64,000 nucleotides of DNA from Eledone cirrhosa (Eukaryota): assembly GCA_964016885.1 (NCBI GenBank), contig OZ024740.1, positions 69,316,001 through 69,380,000 on the forward strand. Direction: 5' to 3'. The notes under the pieces are model-generated. The model made no database searches. It was not told the DNA's origin and saw nothing but the letters and a program-made list of their open reading frames with translations. How positions within the stretch are numbered: the first letter of the stretch is position 1; each line of letters begins with the position of its first letter. The translations under genes and the position numbers were made by a program. Shown here in pieces: positions 13,425 through 27,902 of this stretch.

Positions 13425-13990
13425 ATTTCGTTTCTGAATTTGTTTAGCAAGATTCTTTATCTGAAAACATGTGTTGAAACCGATATTGTTATGCTTTGGG
13501 AGGGTCATGTTGCCAATAAGAAACACACGCACCAGTTGCTTTCACTCCAATTTATTATAAATTAAATTTAAATTTATAAATTTAAGAATTTATAAATTTC
13601 CAGTTGGTTGGTTGGTTCACACACACATAGCACAAACAACCAGCCAGTAACATGTAAATAAACAAATAAATAAACAAATATAAACACACACAGACAGCCA
13701 GATGTAACACATGCTCAAACTAAGCACACAACACACACAAAAACAAGATGGCGGAGGACAGAACAAAGGAGAGGCACAAAAACAAAGAAAAGAATCCCCA
13801 TCACTGAAGAGGTAATAAAATGTGTGACGAAAGAACTTTGACAATATATGAACAACCGTCCGGTTGTGGAACAAACCAACCAACCGGAAATTTATAAATT
13901 TAAATTTAATTTATAATAAATTGGAGTGAACGCATGGTGCGTGTGTTTCTTATTGGCAACATCACCCTCCCAAAGCATAACAATATATAT
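13425..13990. mobile_element. Non-coding fold-back PLE terminal-repeat module (arms ~13483-13617 and ~13868-13985); a related copy lies at 55750-56030
   Basis: Inverted arms containing GGGAGGGTCATGTTGCC. Hammerhead-like TCA-CTGAAGA-GGTAATA..TGTGAC-GAAA-GAAC-TT-TGA at 13800-13842. Confidence 0.7.
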
Positions 13991-14697
13991 ACCAAGACAA
14001 ACTCCCAGACAAACCAATAGTATCATCAATATTTATAACACAATGTGTCTAGAATTAATGATTGCAATGCTTGTGTTCTACAACAGCTAGATATTGCAAA
14101 TCTGATTGCATAGCATTGACTTGGTGAAAGAGAATGAATGCGTCACACGACACGGTGAGTTTAAGTCTCTGTCTGCATCGAGGAATTGTTGCATCGAAAG
14201 AACTGATGCCATCTTTATTAATTCCTCGCCTTCCATGCATCTGCAAAGAACAGACAACGACTATCTAATCAAACTGTCCATCTTAATTGGTGTGAAATGC
14301 ACGAACATTTTTATTAAAGTCACTTTTCCAATATCCTGGTTTGCTTCTGTCACTATTATTTTGCTAATTATATTTTTGTATTTTCATTTGTTTTCTTTCT
14401 TTTTTTAGCTTTTCCTTTCCTTGTTTTCGTATATACTCTCGTTTCCCATGTCTCACAGATATTCTCTTTCACCCACTCAAACTTTCTCTATATCTTTTTA
14501 TCTATATCTCTGACAAAGACGTGTATCTTTTTTTCTCTCTCATATTATCTTTCTCTTTCTTTTTGCCGCAGTTCTCGCTCAAACGCAAACATACAAACTT
14601 ATATACAAACTCAAATCTATATTCCGAAGCCCAGTTACACGCAGACACTCAGGCACGCACACACTTATATGTATATATGTATTTATGAATATATATA

Positions 14698-14763
<66 letters not shown>

Positions 14764-15091
14764 AAGTATATGTATATATACGTATGTACACAGCCACATA
14801 CATGTGTTTTTGTCAGTGCGTATGTGTTCGTGTATGTGTGTATGTGTTTATGTGTGTGTGTGTGTGTATGTGTGTGTGTGTGTTGGCATCGAAACATGTT
14901 TATTAATAACAAAATATACATGAATATATAGATATGTCAATCAATACAAAGCTAACATTGATAACTATTGAGACTCGTAGTCATCCACACACGCACATGT
15001 ACAAATATATATGCATATATATATATGTGTGTGTATATACATATATATAGGCATAAACACAGGCTTACAATTAAACACACACACGTGCACG

Positions 15092-15126
<35 letters not shown>

Positions 15127-15997
15127 TATATATATTTATATATATATACATATATATATATACGTATATATATATATTAGGGAAAAAGACAAGACGTGAT
15201 TAGTAAGACTTATTTGGTTATTCATTCTTACATGTCTTTCATCTGGGTTAAGTGGGTTGTTTAGAGATATTAATTTTTCCAATCATTCTTTCGCAATACC
15301 TTATAACTCCATAAAATATCCGTGGATCATTACCTGGAATATAATATTGCAGGACTCAACTATACATGCTCAGAAAACTAATTGTTAAGCTGCTTCTTCA
15401 TTAACAGTTGCATAGTCACTCCACCATTTGAATTTGATTTCTAAGAACAAAAAGTGAAAATGATATATCTTCTTATATATCAATACAAACCCGACGCCAT
15501 ATTCATATAAATCCCAAATGCTTTGGGAGGACTTGACGTCAACAGGGTGAGAAGGGGGAGGGACGTCTACTGGGCTAAGTCCCAGCTGGTCACACGTCTC
15601 AGAGGCGGCCTCACGTTCCCTGAACACAGAGGGTTCTATTGTGTTTTAGAGAACCCTGCTGACAAGGACGCCGCATGCGGTTACCGACAAAACCAGTGAG
15701 ATCGGAGACCTGAGACCAAGTCCGCCATACCTGACAGGTAAAGTGGCCTGTTGCCATCCAATGTCGTCAAACCTGACGTGTCTGCGTGTAACTGGGCTTC
15801 GGAATATAGGTTTGAGTTTGTATATAATTCTGTATGTTTGGTTTATTTAAATCCGTTATGTACATATCATCTTACACGCACACATACACACTCACCTATA
15901 TATATATATATATATGTGAGTGTGTTTGTACGTCTGTGTGTGTGTATGTATATATATATATGTAAAATTTAAGTAAAAGACCCCCCACACACACACT

Positions 15998-16033
<36 letters not shown>

Positions 16034-16256
16034 TATAAAACCTCACAGACATTAAGAGATTCTGTGACACAGCCTGAGGCCACGTGATCTGCAAATTTCT
16101 TCCCTTCGACACACATACATACAGATCCACACAGAGAGATACAGAGAGAAATACAAACGCACAGAAACGAACACATTATGTTTAGGCCCAGTAGTGAGAG
16201 GGGGGGTGGGGTGAGAGGTGAGGTAGTATTTCCCTCCCTGAATATATATATATATA

Positions 16257-16407
16257 CTTGGGGAGGGTCATATTGTTGTAATATTGCCAGAAATAATAAC
16301 AGAACACATTCACTGTTTGGTTGGTTTTCACTTCTGTATCTTTTATATCTCCATAGTTAATTTATTTGGCAATCAATGTTTATCATTGATTTACCAGCGG
16401 TTAAAAA

Positions 16408-16445
<38 letters not shown>

Positions 16446-18570
16446 CTATCAAAGTTCATTCGTTGCACACCTGCAACATCATCAGTGGTACTATTATGTT
16501 TCCTCCTACTGTATTGTATTGTATGTCTACGTCATTTTTATTTTTATTTATTTATTTATTCATTTTTGTCTCTGTCTCTGCGCATGCGTTTGCGTGTGTG
16601 TATAATGTTCGGTGCATGTGTTCGCGTTTGAGTGTATGTATTTTTGTTTCCGTAGTTTATCTTTGTTCACTAGTGTATGTTTCTTGTTATTTATTTATTT
16701 ATATTTCCCTTAAGTCAGTGTTTTCTTTTTTTAAGTATGTGTTTTTGTATCCAACCTTTGTTCACTAGCGTGTGTTTATATGTGTTTGTTGCCATTGTAC
16801 TTGTGTATATATTCATTTATTTATTTATATTTCCCTGAAGTCAGTATTGTTTGTTTGGGTATGGTTGTTGTTTGTTATTCCATTCGGTCGTTCTGTTTAA
16901 CTTCGGTCTTCTTATTTCTATCTCAGTTTTTTCTCTGATTTACCTACTTGTTGAGTTATTTCTATCTTTAGATATTAGTTTAATTTCTATGTTGTCTATA
17001 TTACCATCATGTCTTTGTCTGGCGTGTTCGTATAGTACTGAACCGTTTTTGTGTACTTTTAGTTCCCCCCAGTGTTGATCTATTCTTTCTCCTATGCTTC
17101 GAGCTGTCTCACCTATGTATGTCGTTGTCATGTTTCTGCAAGTAATCTCTTTACATCTTAATATATAGACTACATTTCTAGTTTTACAGTTATCTGGGGG
17201 TTCATTTTACATATAACACATTTCTTATTTGTAGGGTGGGTTTTCTTAAAGGGGTATGTTTTGCTGATCAGATATTTTATGGTAGTTCCTGGTTTTTTAC
17301 CACTTTAATCTTTAAATGGGTCTTTGTTAGGGACTTTCTACATTTGTTAGCTAATTTCCCTCCAGGGGTAGCATCCTCGAATATGACACTCTGGTATCTC
17401 TGGTAATCGTACCATGAAGTGGCTTTCCCTATCTTATGTTTAGTCCTATCTAAGCTATTCCATTTTTTGCTCTTGTATAATGGGCTAATTCTTTTCATGT
17501 CCATTTCTATGAGGGTCTTATATCTCTCCTTGGCTCCTTTTTATCTGATACTGTCTCTTTAGTTGTAGCCAGAGAACTGCATGCGGTTGATGAAGTGTTG
17601 GATGTATCTTTCCATTTGAGTTGGGTCGCACATGCGCGACACATTCTTCATCACTTTTACCAAGTCTGCGATCAGAATATTAGACTTAGCACTATTGGAC
17701 ATTGCTGAGTTTTTGAGTATGAGGTATTGGCGGCTATGGGTTTAGCATAGTGTGAGTGGAGGATTAGGGCCCTCTCGTCTATAGTGTTAATCCAGAGTTC
17801 TGTGTCTAATACTGGTAGTCTATTGTTAGGGTGTTTGGAGAGGTAGTCAACAGTTACAGTTATATTCTGTTGTATGGAGTTAGCTATCTGCTGGATGCTA
17901 TTTTCTACTTCATGTTTATTAGTACTCTCTTGTGGTGGTGTTCTTATTAACGAGATTACATGACGAGGTCTTTGGAGTTCTCTTCGAGGAGTTCACTGAG
18001 TCTCCTCTCCCACCATACCATAAATAGATTGGGAACATCACCAGCTATGCTGTCACCAATGGCTGCTCCTTCATTCTGGGTGTAGATCTTTTCGTTAATT
18101 TTACACATATGGCCCTTTAGGGTAGTTTTAATACAAGCCCCTATTGCATGTGCGACCATTTTTCTCACGTGATCATTGTTTCTGGGTGTCGTACTTAGAA
18201 AAAACAACACTGACTTCAGGGACATATAAATAAATAAATATATATATTCAAGTACAATAACAACGAACACACATAAACATACACTAGTGAACAAAGATAG
18301 AATACGAAAACAAAAACACATACACTCAAACGCAAACACACACACCGATATATCTGTATTTTTAACCGCTGGTCAATTAATGATAAACATTGATTACCAA
18401 ATAAATTAACTATGGAGATATAAAAGATACAGAAGCGAAATCAACCAAAACAAACAGTGAGTGTGTTATTATTATTTCTAGCAATATTACAACAATATGC
18501 CCCTCCCCAAGTATAACAATATTTGTTTCTAGACACGATTTCATATAAAAAAACAATGCAAAACAAATAC
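16257..18570 (-). mobile_element. Penelope-like retroelement (second lineage), 5'-truncated, with an inverted terminal repeat at ~18193-18570
   Basis: Coding relics on the minus strand. The terminal repeat GGGGAGGGTCATA..TTGCCAGAA.TAATAACAGAACAC at 16259 recurs inverted at 18420-18515. Hammerhead-like CTGATGA-TGTTGCA-GGTG-TGCAAC-GAAT at 16448-16489 (minus). Confidence 0.85.
16860..18190 (-). pseudogene. PLE RT plus GIY-YIG pseudogene; the YxDD segment appears deleted
   Basis: IYTQNEGAAIGDSIAGDVPNLFMVWWE, HPNNRLPVLD, MQFSGY, SVIFEDATPGGKL, CKTRNVVYIL, YIGETARSIGERIDQH, PKLNRTTEW. Confidence 0.85.
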
Positions 18571-18596
18571 ATATATATATATATAGAGAGAGAGAG

Positions 18597-18599
<3 letters not shown>

Positions 18600-18668
<69 letters not shown>

Positions 18669-18688
18669 GGATAGATAGATAGATAGAT
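18600..18688 (+). repeat. (GATA)n microsatellite
   Basis: Read directly from the sequence. Confidence 0.95.
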
Positions 18689-19190
18689 GGTGTGACAGTA
18701 CCTAGGTGATAGAAAAAGGTGTAAATCTCCCCCATCTCGCCTCCATTGCAGCGAGCTTGTTGGAGGTCAGATTAGTTGAAACCACATGAGAAACTTTAAT
18801 TATTGTCCACTTAATTTAGTGTTATTAGCGGTCCACGTACAAACAAATTTCCTTGAACGAACATTATTCTGCCGTCACAGAACTAAAGCCCTTTTTTCCC
18901 ACTACAAGCCGAATATTACATAAAAGAGGGACATCCCCCAACTATATAAACCTTAATCTAGTTAGAAAAATATAAAAACAATCTCTTCTCAACATATATT
19001 AATAACCTTAAATTACCATACTAATAATGGAAAGATATGCTGATGAGAATAGGTGCAAATATGCGATAATGAATGTGTCTAAAAACGTCCATAAGTATGT
19101 ATATATATGTGAAAATGTATATAAATAAGTAAATATATATATATGTTTGATGTGTATAGTTAGATGTAAGTGTATTCATGTATTAAAGTG

Positions 19191-19227
<37 letters not shown>

Positions 19228-20457
19228 ATGTATGTGTATATAGATGTGTATGTATGTGTATGTGTGTACACATGGACTAGAGTATGTATGTATATATGTG
19301 TGTGCCTATACGTGTGTATATAAAGATAAGTTGAGTATGAAAATGTATACACATGAGCGCGTATGTATGTACATGAATACATGTGTGTATATATATGAGT
19401 ATGCATGTGTATATATATGTAAGTATGAATATGTGAATTGTGAGTATATGTATTTTGTAGAGGTGTGCAAATATATTTGTGTGTGAATGCGTGGGTGAAA
19501 GGATACGTACACTTGAAAGAAAAATTTAAGTCTGAATGTTAATTAAGTGCAAACACAAAACCAACCACGCATATCTTTACTATCTCTAATCCTTCTATAG
19601 ATTTAGAAAAATAACCAATAATATATTCTATAAAAAATGTCAAAACAACAGATGGGAATCTAATTACTCACTGCCACCAAGAATTCTCACTGCTATCGAA
19701 AAACCACTCCTTCAACTATTCTTCTAACAACTTCACCCCTCCCTCCTAATATTCTCTATAAAAACTAAATAGGTCCTCAGTAATATTATTCTGATGAAAT
19801 GACAGTCAATAATAACATTGAAATATTGAATGTCTGCATAACTAAAAGTTTGTAGATAGCAGCTGTTTTAGGTTATGTAACTGTTATAGAAACACGTGTC
19901 AATAAATTCCTTTCAACTAAACTGTATCCATTCAAATCTGTCTATATATATATATATATATATATATGGATATATCAATCAAAACATTGACATTGTTTGC
20001 CTATTATATTATAAGACATTTCAATAAAAAACAATAAACTCAGAAAACTATTAATCATATTGAACTTAAGCAAACATCTCTATACGGTGTGATATAAGCT
20101 AGACAAAGTAAAATAAGTCAGTTTTCGTCATATATAATCCCGAACTGCAGTTTCTGGAATTAAGAAACGACATTAATTATTTCAATAAATTGATAAAACC
20201 AATATTGGAAGAACTATTCCGTCTCCCGGGAGAAATAGTTTGGAGGTAGGGCAAATATTGAATAGTTAGCATACAGACCATATCATTGTCAAAACGGCAT
20301 GGTGTCAACGGCTTGCGTCATTGAAATACTAACTGAACAAATATATCTCTATATGTATATTAGGAGAATCCAACAGGCTCATAATGACACTAGATATAGC
20401 AGATTAAACTGATTATTTCTATTTCGTTTATCTTATATCCGCCAAAAGTGTATATTT

Positions 20458-20567
<110 letters not shown>

Positions 20568-20571
20568 TTGC

Positions 20572-20607
<36 letters not shown>

Positions 20608-21349
20608 ATAATAATAAATGTGAAGACTAAAATCCAAAGAGGGCTCGATAAGGATAGATATATATCAAATATATAAGAACCCTAGGGCAAATATTTATAA
20701 CATATATATATATATGATAAAAATGTATCGTTATAGGTAATATATATATATATGATGAACTTTTATCGTTATAGGTAATCCAGTTAGAGGCTGTGAGTGC
20801 TCTGCGTCGTGGATAGTTTTAACGTGAGGCTTTTTTTGACTCAACAAGATGATTCCATAATTATGCAGCGAGTTCGTGGTAATTTTTATGCAGGTTATAC
20901 TTGGAGTAATAATAGTTAAAGAATGAAGATTAACATGGTTGGCTGTGCATAAATATCATACATACATCCAACAATTAATCTCTAATTTATTGTCTCTTTT
21001 ATCGGACCCTCTACACGTATCCATGTACATCTCGAATCTAGTTTCCCACCAACGAATCCTTATAAGAACACTTACTCAAAAACTACTATTATGTACTTAC
21101 AAGCTCTCATTTATTTATTTATCACTTTATATTTTCCATTCTCACATTTTCTTACTTTTTTATGTACCCTATCTTATATTCTACTTTTACTTTTTACATC
21201 TGTAACTTCTCTACCTATTTACCATACATGTATTATTATTGATGTTATTGTTTAGATTATACGGTATTTTATTATTGATGTTATTGTTTTCATTATACGC
21301 TATTTCTCTATATAAGTCTTGCCTCGAGTGAATTATTTTCCTAGCTACA

Positions 21350-21458
21350 TACTCTGATGTGTTGACCATAGGTGAATAATGTATTGGAGATCGACTAACG
21401 CAACATCAAGCGATTAGCGAAATCTTAACCTACATGCTCAACGAAACAATTGTCAGTA
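21350..21458 (+). ncRNA. Type I hammerhead motif with long stem II and an A9U core change
   Basis: TACT-CTGATGT-GTTGA.CATAGGT...ACCTACATGCTCAAC-GAAA-CAATTG-TC-AGTA. Confidence 0.65.
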
Positions 21459-21507
21459 CTTTAAATAAAAGCCCTTATTGTACAGCCAACCGTATTAATC
21501 TTCATTC

Positions 21508-21770
<263 letters not shown>

Positions 21771-22291
21771 AGCTCTGCCTCATGGAGCTGTACTACATCA
21801 TAAGAACACCCCCACGAGCTCATAAACAGCCGAGCAGAATCAGTCATAAATTGTAAACACCGGGTGCAGGCGTCGTATTTTGCCTAGGAAGCGACTGCGA
21901 CATGAAAACTACGATCTGGGTCCCCCTGCCCTAAAGATAACACCCCGGTGGGCAGGCGGTATGAACAAACATCTGTGAACCAAATGTACATCGCAGACCA
22001 TGCTCGAACAAGCATTAGTGAAGCAACATCCACTAAATAATAAATGTACACCCCAGACCCGAACTGTACTGGCGCTAGTGAAACAACACACACAATATAA
22101 AGATGCTAAACACCAGCATATGAACAGGTATAAAAATCTAAATGGGAATGGATTATTTGAACACCGGCCAGAGTTACTCCTCCTACTCTGCGATAATAAC
22201 AACACATGCACAGAGGGGAAGAATGAACTATGATGTTAATTTAACCGTGAAATCCTTCCTGGGTCCTATATTGATTATTGTTTTGTTTTCC

Positions 22292-22335
22292 ATGCCCTTG
22301 ATAAACCCATTCTGGCGAAACCTACGTAGGCGCAC
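22292..22335 (+). ncRNA. Degenerate hammerhead motif, U3-A8 variant
   Basis: TTGATAA-ACCCA-TTC-TGGC-GAAA-CCTACGTAGG; the cleavage-site U is missing. Confidence 0.4.
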
Positions 22336-22658
22336 TGTTATATAAACATGTTCTAACGGTTTTAAACTCCTTGTATTCATTTCCTTTATAATCGCTCTGC
22401 TTATTTTTACTCGCCCACTAAATATTGACGCCTCTAATAGTTAACCCTGTAGGCACGATTATTGAGCACATATGCATAAACTATTGGCAACTAAACATAT
22501 GTATCGCCCATCTTTCCATTTGTTTCTCTCTCTCGATACTTAATCATTCTATATATATATATATGTGTGTGTGTAGGACGTGAGTTTTATTGAAGTACAA
22601 TAAAGCAATGCAGATATCGGATAAGAAGCACTCTACAGTTTGTAGGACTGGAGTATAC

Positions 22659-22726
<68 letters not shown>

Positions 22727-22729
<3 letters not shown>

Positions 22730-22937
22730 GGTGGCCCAAAAAGTCATACACTGGTCGCAACTGTTTATAATTTTTTATTCTATAAAATTTAGTAATGTAG
22801 AGGTGTTACATGGATTGACGAGTGCAAAATAGTTTTCATTATGTCCTTTAAGTTGTATCAAAATGATATACATGAATCTGTGCAATTCACGAAGTTAATA
22901 CAAACTAAAACCCCTGTGTTACTTTTGGGCCAGCCTG
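22727..22937. mobile_element. Tc1/mariner-type MITE
   Basis: TIRs CAGGGTGGCCCAAAAAGT and ACTTTTGGGCCAGCCTG, inserted at TA. Confidence 0.75.
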
Positions 22938-22999
22938 TGTATATATATACAGACGTACTTGTACATATACATATATACATACTAACAGACATTCATACA

Positions 23000-25290
23000 C
23001 ACACAAGCCAATGATTTTATATTAGTTGGTCATTATAGTCCACCCCAAACGTCCATACTGCGCTTTATAGAATGCGTCAACTGAACTAAGCGTTATATAC
23101 AACAGTGCCATTCTAGTTACATACTTATGATAGGAGACAGATCTACCCTGTGTTGCTTGGTCTACAAACGGTTTGAAACCAGGCACACCACCTCAATCAC
23201 TCAGTCACTTCTCGGCTTTATGGATGAGTTTTTCTTGTCCCACCTTTCTCTTGCACAAACAAGATGACAATGCTTAGTAACCACACTAACACTATACATA
23301 ATATTACAGAGGAAAACACATTTCTTTCAAACCATGACATGGTCCTCTGTAACCTGGGATTCCACTAACCGCAGTTAAACCGAATGGTATCTCTCCTGCC
23401 CACACATTTGATAACATACATCTTTACATTGCTAACTGGGATGCATCACTAATGAGTTGTCACATGTTGATTAGTTTTTCACACACTCACACATCTCCAC
23501 AGGCATCAAAATATATTGGCAGATATTTGTAGACACTGTCACAAACATACGTGCAAAACACACCCCATCAAGATCTGCGAATAAAACTACGAGAAAAATC
23601 TCCCAAAACAGAAAAGAAAATGTTATCAGAAAAATACAAATAACAAACAAAAAAATCAACAAACTAAAATACTGGCAACAGCCACACACACATTCGACCG
23701 CTGTCGCACGGCTCGAATCAAAAATATATAACCTCCAGCAATGCATGAAGACCATCATCAATAACAAAGAACAGCTGAGGGAAAATAGGTCATTGAGAAA
23801 ATCTAACTCAATCTCAAAGTGTTCTTTCATATGGGAAAAAACACAAAGTCACTGTCTTCACCGCTGACCCTCTGATTGAGGAAATGACACACTCCAAGAC
23901 AATACTAAAACCATTGGTAAGATACTGCAGAAACAATACTGCTCTGTAAACAACAATCCTGATATGGTTGATATGAGTTGTATCATTGATTTTAATCCAC
24001 AGCAGACTATATCTGACATCACGTTTAGCGCCTCTGGTGACTTAACAGCAATAAATGAAATTCAGCAGCAGGCCCCGAAAGGTTCCCTGTTTATGCCCTG
24101 AAGGTGTGTCGACACCATCCTTCATCTTTTCTAGATAATCTGTGGAGCAACTCACTGGACACTGGATATATACCTGAACACATTCTGTCTCAGTCTGGTG
24201 TCCCAGTTTTCAAAAAAAGAATTAGCATCTGACCTCTCTCACCTCTTATATCATTAACGTATTTTCTCACGAATAAATTTCTTTCTTGAATGCAACAATC
24301 TTCTGAAATCCAAACACCATGGGTTACGCAATGGAACGGCCTACCTAACGCAGCTCCTGCATCACTTTGATGACATTTTAAGAGCATTGGGATAAGGCTC
24401 CAGCACTGATGTCATCTACGTTGTTTTCATCAAGGCCTTTGACAGGGTTGATCCCAACAATCCACTGAAAAAATGGTATACAAAATTAGTTTCACTAGAA
24501 AGTTACTGCAATGGATCAATGGTTTCCTGACAAACCGAACCCAACATCTTTTAGTCGAAGGAGCACAATCAAGCCCAGCCAAAGTCAGTAATGGCGTTCC
24601 AGAAGGTCCTGTGTTGGGCCCACTTCTTTTCCTTGCCTGTATAAATGACATTATTCACGTCATGAAGCACAGCAACATAAGAATCTTTGCAGATGATTCC
24701 AAACTCCAGAACATCATCAATGGAGTGGGTGACCGGACATGTTTTCAATCAAATCTGCTTGCAGCTATCCAATGGGCGAAAAGAAAAAAACAATATGTTG
24801 CTAAACGAGCATCAATTCGAATTAATCAACTTTGGAAAAGAGGTTGCACTGAAACTCTCATATTCCCTTCATTCAGGTGAAACTCTCGTGGCATCCTACA
24901 CATCAGAGACTTAGGAGAAATTGTAATAACAATAAGCTGGGACACTCATATAAGTTAAAAGGACCCACAGAATTTTTTCTTGGATTTTCGAACATTCCCG
25001 TCGAGAGATATCCACAACATTATCCTTCTCGTCTCTAATTTTCCCCGACCTTACCTTGAATATTGTTGTCCTATGTGGTTTCCCCAAACAAAACAAAGCA
25101 TTATGAAAATCGAAGCACCTCAAAGGTCAATCACAAAAAAATAGACGCCATGAAATGCATTGACTATTGGGATCGATTAGAAAAACTCGAATTCTATTCT
25201 CTTCAACGCCGCAGTATACGCTACATTATCTGCATGATGTGGTAAATACTCTATCACCATTGCCCAAATGATGTTGACATAATGTTTAAT
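23000..25290 (+). pseudogene. Decayed CR1/L2-group LINE ORF2 (RT and C-terminus; the upstream part is poorly resolved)
   Basis: TQLLHHFDDIL, KAFDRVD, WINGFLTNRTQ, GVPEGPVLGPLLFL, IFADDSKL, YWDRLEKLEFYSLQRR. Confidence 0.85.
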
Positions 25291-25504
25291 AGGTTAGATA
25301 CCAATCAATTTATTTCTAGCTATTAAAAACTACTCTATAGTGCGAAAAGTTAATAAATATCTCGACGAGATTTAAAACATAAAGTTACATGAGGTTGACA
25401 CCGTGAATATAACGAGTAGTTGTATGTAGCATTTGAAATGTTTATGTGTGTGTGTGTGTCTGTGTGTGTGCGTGTGTGTGTGTGTGTGTTTGTATGTGCG
25501 TGTG

Positions 25505-25800
25505 TACTGCGTAAATCCGGATTTGAAGGTGTTAGCCGTTATACCTATATATGCATTTTTCTGCGTACTGACGGTGATCTCGCATTTGTATACTACATTG
25601 GTAGTTAGACATTTGGAGTCCAGAGGACACTTTCCCAGCGGCGGCAATTGCAATATTGCTCCATGGTCAGGCTGGTTGGACCATGGGATATGCGTTTGCT
25701 AAGTTCGGTCCAAGAGATGCTGCAGTAATTTGTGCTATATTTGTTATTGTTGAATAGTTTACAGTGTTCAAATTCTAGCGGTTTGATGAGGTCATAGCTG
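25505..25800 (-). pseudogene. Naiad-like GIY-YIG endonuclease fragment truncated at a (CA)n tract
   Basis: KCPLDSKCLTTNVVYKCEITVSTQKNAYIGITANTFK, homologous to 11390-11510. Confidence 0.75.
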
Positions 25801-26382
25801 TTGAATAACGGTTATCACCAAAATATATATAAACGAATTTAATTTCAATCTGTTGACTTATTCTTCTTGCTTATACATGTATATGTATACATTATATATG
25901 TAGAAATTATTATTGATACTCGATATTTCATCTATTAATAAATCTCACACGTGTATTGTCCCAAATCTATGCTCCTGTAAGATTCTAAATTGTGGAGTAC
26001 AATTGCTCGGGTGCGTGTGTATATATGTGCATGTTAGTATGGATGTGTTTTCTGTATCCATTTATACATAGAATTATATCAATACATAGAAAAAATATAG
26101 TCAATCAGCATCAAATTCAGATAGTGATTGATCGATTCATATGCATAATACGTGTGATTTAGCTCAAACATGTATATAAATATACATAGTTATTCGAGTG
26201 GGTTTGTTTGCGGAACCAATTTCACCAGTCCAATGATCTTACATGCAATTTGTTCAATTGGCATAGTAACGGCCGCCGTTGACGCTTTTTTTTGTTGTCA
26301 CACTTTCTATTGTGTATACGGGAATTAGTTATCTGGAAAAACAACTAGATGAGAGTATATCATTGCTTCAAATATAAATAAT

Positions 26383-26565
26383 TGTTTCTACTTTTGGCAC
26401 AAGGCCATCAATTACCCAGTACATTACCGGTACTTTATTTTATCGACCCCGTAAGGATGAAAGGCAAAGTTAACCTCGGCGGGATTTGAACTCAGATCAT
26501 AAAGGGCCGTAACTCTTTGCTGCAAAGCATGGCGTCCGAGCCTCTACCGATACTGCCAATTCACC
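26383..26565 (-). mobile_element. tRNA-derived SINE (MetaSINE-like) with an 18-bp target-site duplication
   Basis: A-box/B-box (GAGTTCAAATCC) and central AACTTTGCCTTTCATCCTT.CGGGGTCGATAAAAT. Flanked by GCTTCAAATATAAATAAT at 26365-26382 and 26566-26583. Confidence 0.85.
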
Positions 26566-26742
26566 GCTTCAAATATAAATAATGCGCTGACTTGCTAGAG
26601 TCTTTAGAACATCAGATAAAACAATTTATGATATGCCTTGAGCCAAAATCAATTTGTATTTCATTTTATCGTTGCTGATATATAAATACCAGTTCAATAC
26701 TGAGGTTGATTCTTCTACATATCTTTATCATTTTATTTCATC

Positions 26743-26843
<101 letters not shown>

Positions 26844-26884
26844 CAAAATATTAATAAATGAAGACATTCACAATCAAAATATAT

Positions 26885-26948
26885 GTTTTATTATATATAT
26901 TTCGAAGGTACTGTGCTGTTTTTTCAGTACGTCTTCGTCAGATAAATA
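26885..26948 (-). ncRNA. Type I hammerhead motif whose stem III is TATATA
   Basis: Minus strand TTTAT-CTGACGA-AGACGTACTG-loop-CAGTACCTTC-GAAA-TATATA-TA-ATAAA. Confidence 0.7.
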
Positions 26949-27027
26949 CAAGAATAGATGTATGACATACCTCAACTGTCTTAATGGTTCAATTCTAGAG
27001 TAATCAATGAACCATATTAATCTTTGG

Positions 27028-27094
<67 letters not shown>

Positions 27095-27712
27095 TGTTCC
27101 CGTCCCATTCTCTTTCGTTCTATTTTTCTCTCTTTTCTCCTCCTGGTGATATTAGCTATCTTTAAGTCTAGAACATGTTAGGCTTCAACGTGTTTAAATG
27201 ACCAAAAATGTCCGTATATGATACAGCGACATTACGACCAAATAAAGGTCCAAGGGATGGTGAGGACGAATTATGTACAGTGCCAAACTAACCAATATCA
27301 CCAAAATACATGTACTTAAGATAAATCCTGTTAAAATCGAAATTTGATCGTGATTCTGAAATGAACTTAATAACATTCTGAATAACACGGTCAATCATAT
27401 TTGAAGAGCCTCTAAATAGTAATCACTTTATTCTTTTAGTTAATATAAACAAACACCCATTTATATCACAATGATCATATTGACGATAATTTACTGTTTG
27501 GCGTAATGTGTGAACAAATATTCTAAGTGGTGCTTTGTTAAAAACTATGTGTCATATTGACAGAAAAATATATATTTACATCACATGAAACTTTCCTGTC
27601 ATATATAGTATCACACCCTTCTAGGGATATATATTGATTTATCGATCTGCGTATATATATATACATACATATAAACATACATATATGCATACATACATAC
27701 ATATATACATAG

Positions 27713-27807
<95 letters not shown>

Positions 27808-27902
27808 TATTGAAGTTTGCGTTGAAAATTGAAAAAGTCATAGGAGTGAAGAGTGCTCTATGTAAGTTACAGAGCTAAATTTAATGTATAGTAAACAATA
27901 TA

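Noticed and set aside
15480-15790. GC-richer segment with a CAG|GTAA donor-like site
   Set aside because: It has no recognisable protein motif or clean exon frame; it is probably an unclassified repeat fragment.
18691-18879. Possible solo LTR (TGTGAC...GTCACA)
   Set aside because: There is no target-site duplication or other LTR signal and no second copy in the window.
19788-19835. CTGATGA-AATG...CATT-GAAA hammerhead-like core
   Set aside because: Stem III and the cleavage triplet cannot be formed convincingly. Similarly weak candidates near 3120, 33365 and 35468 were also left out.
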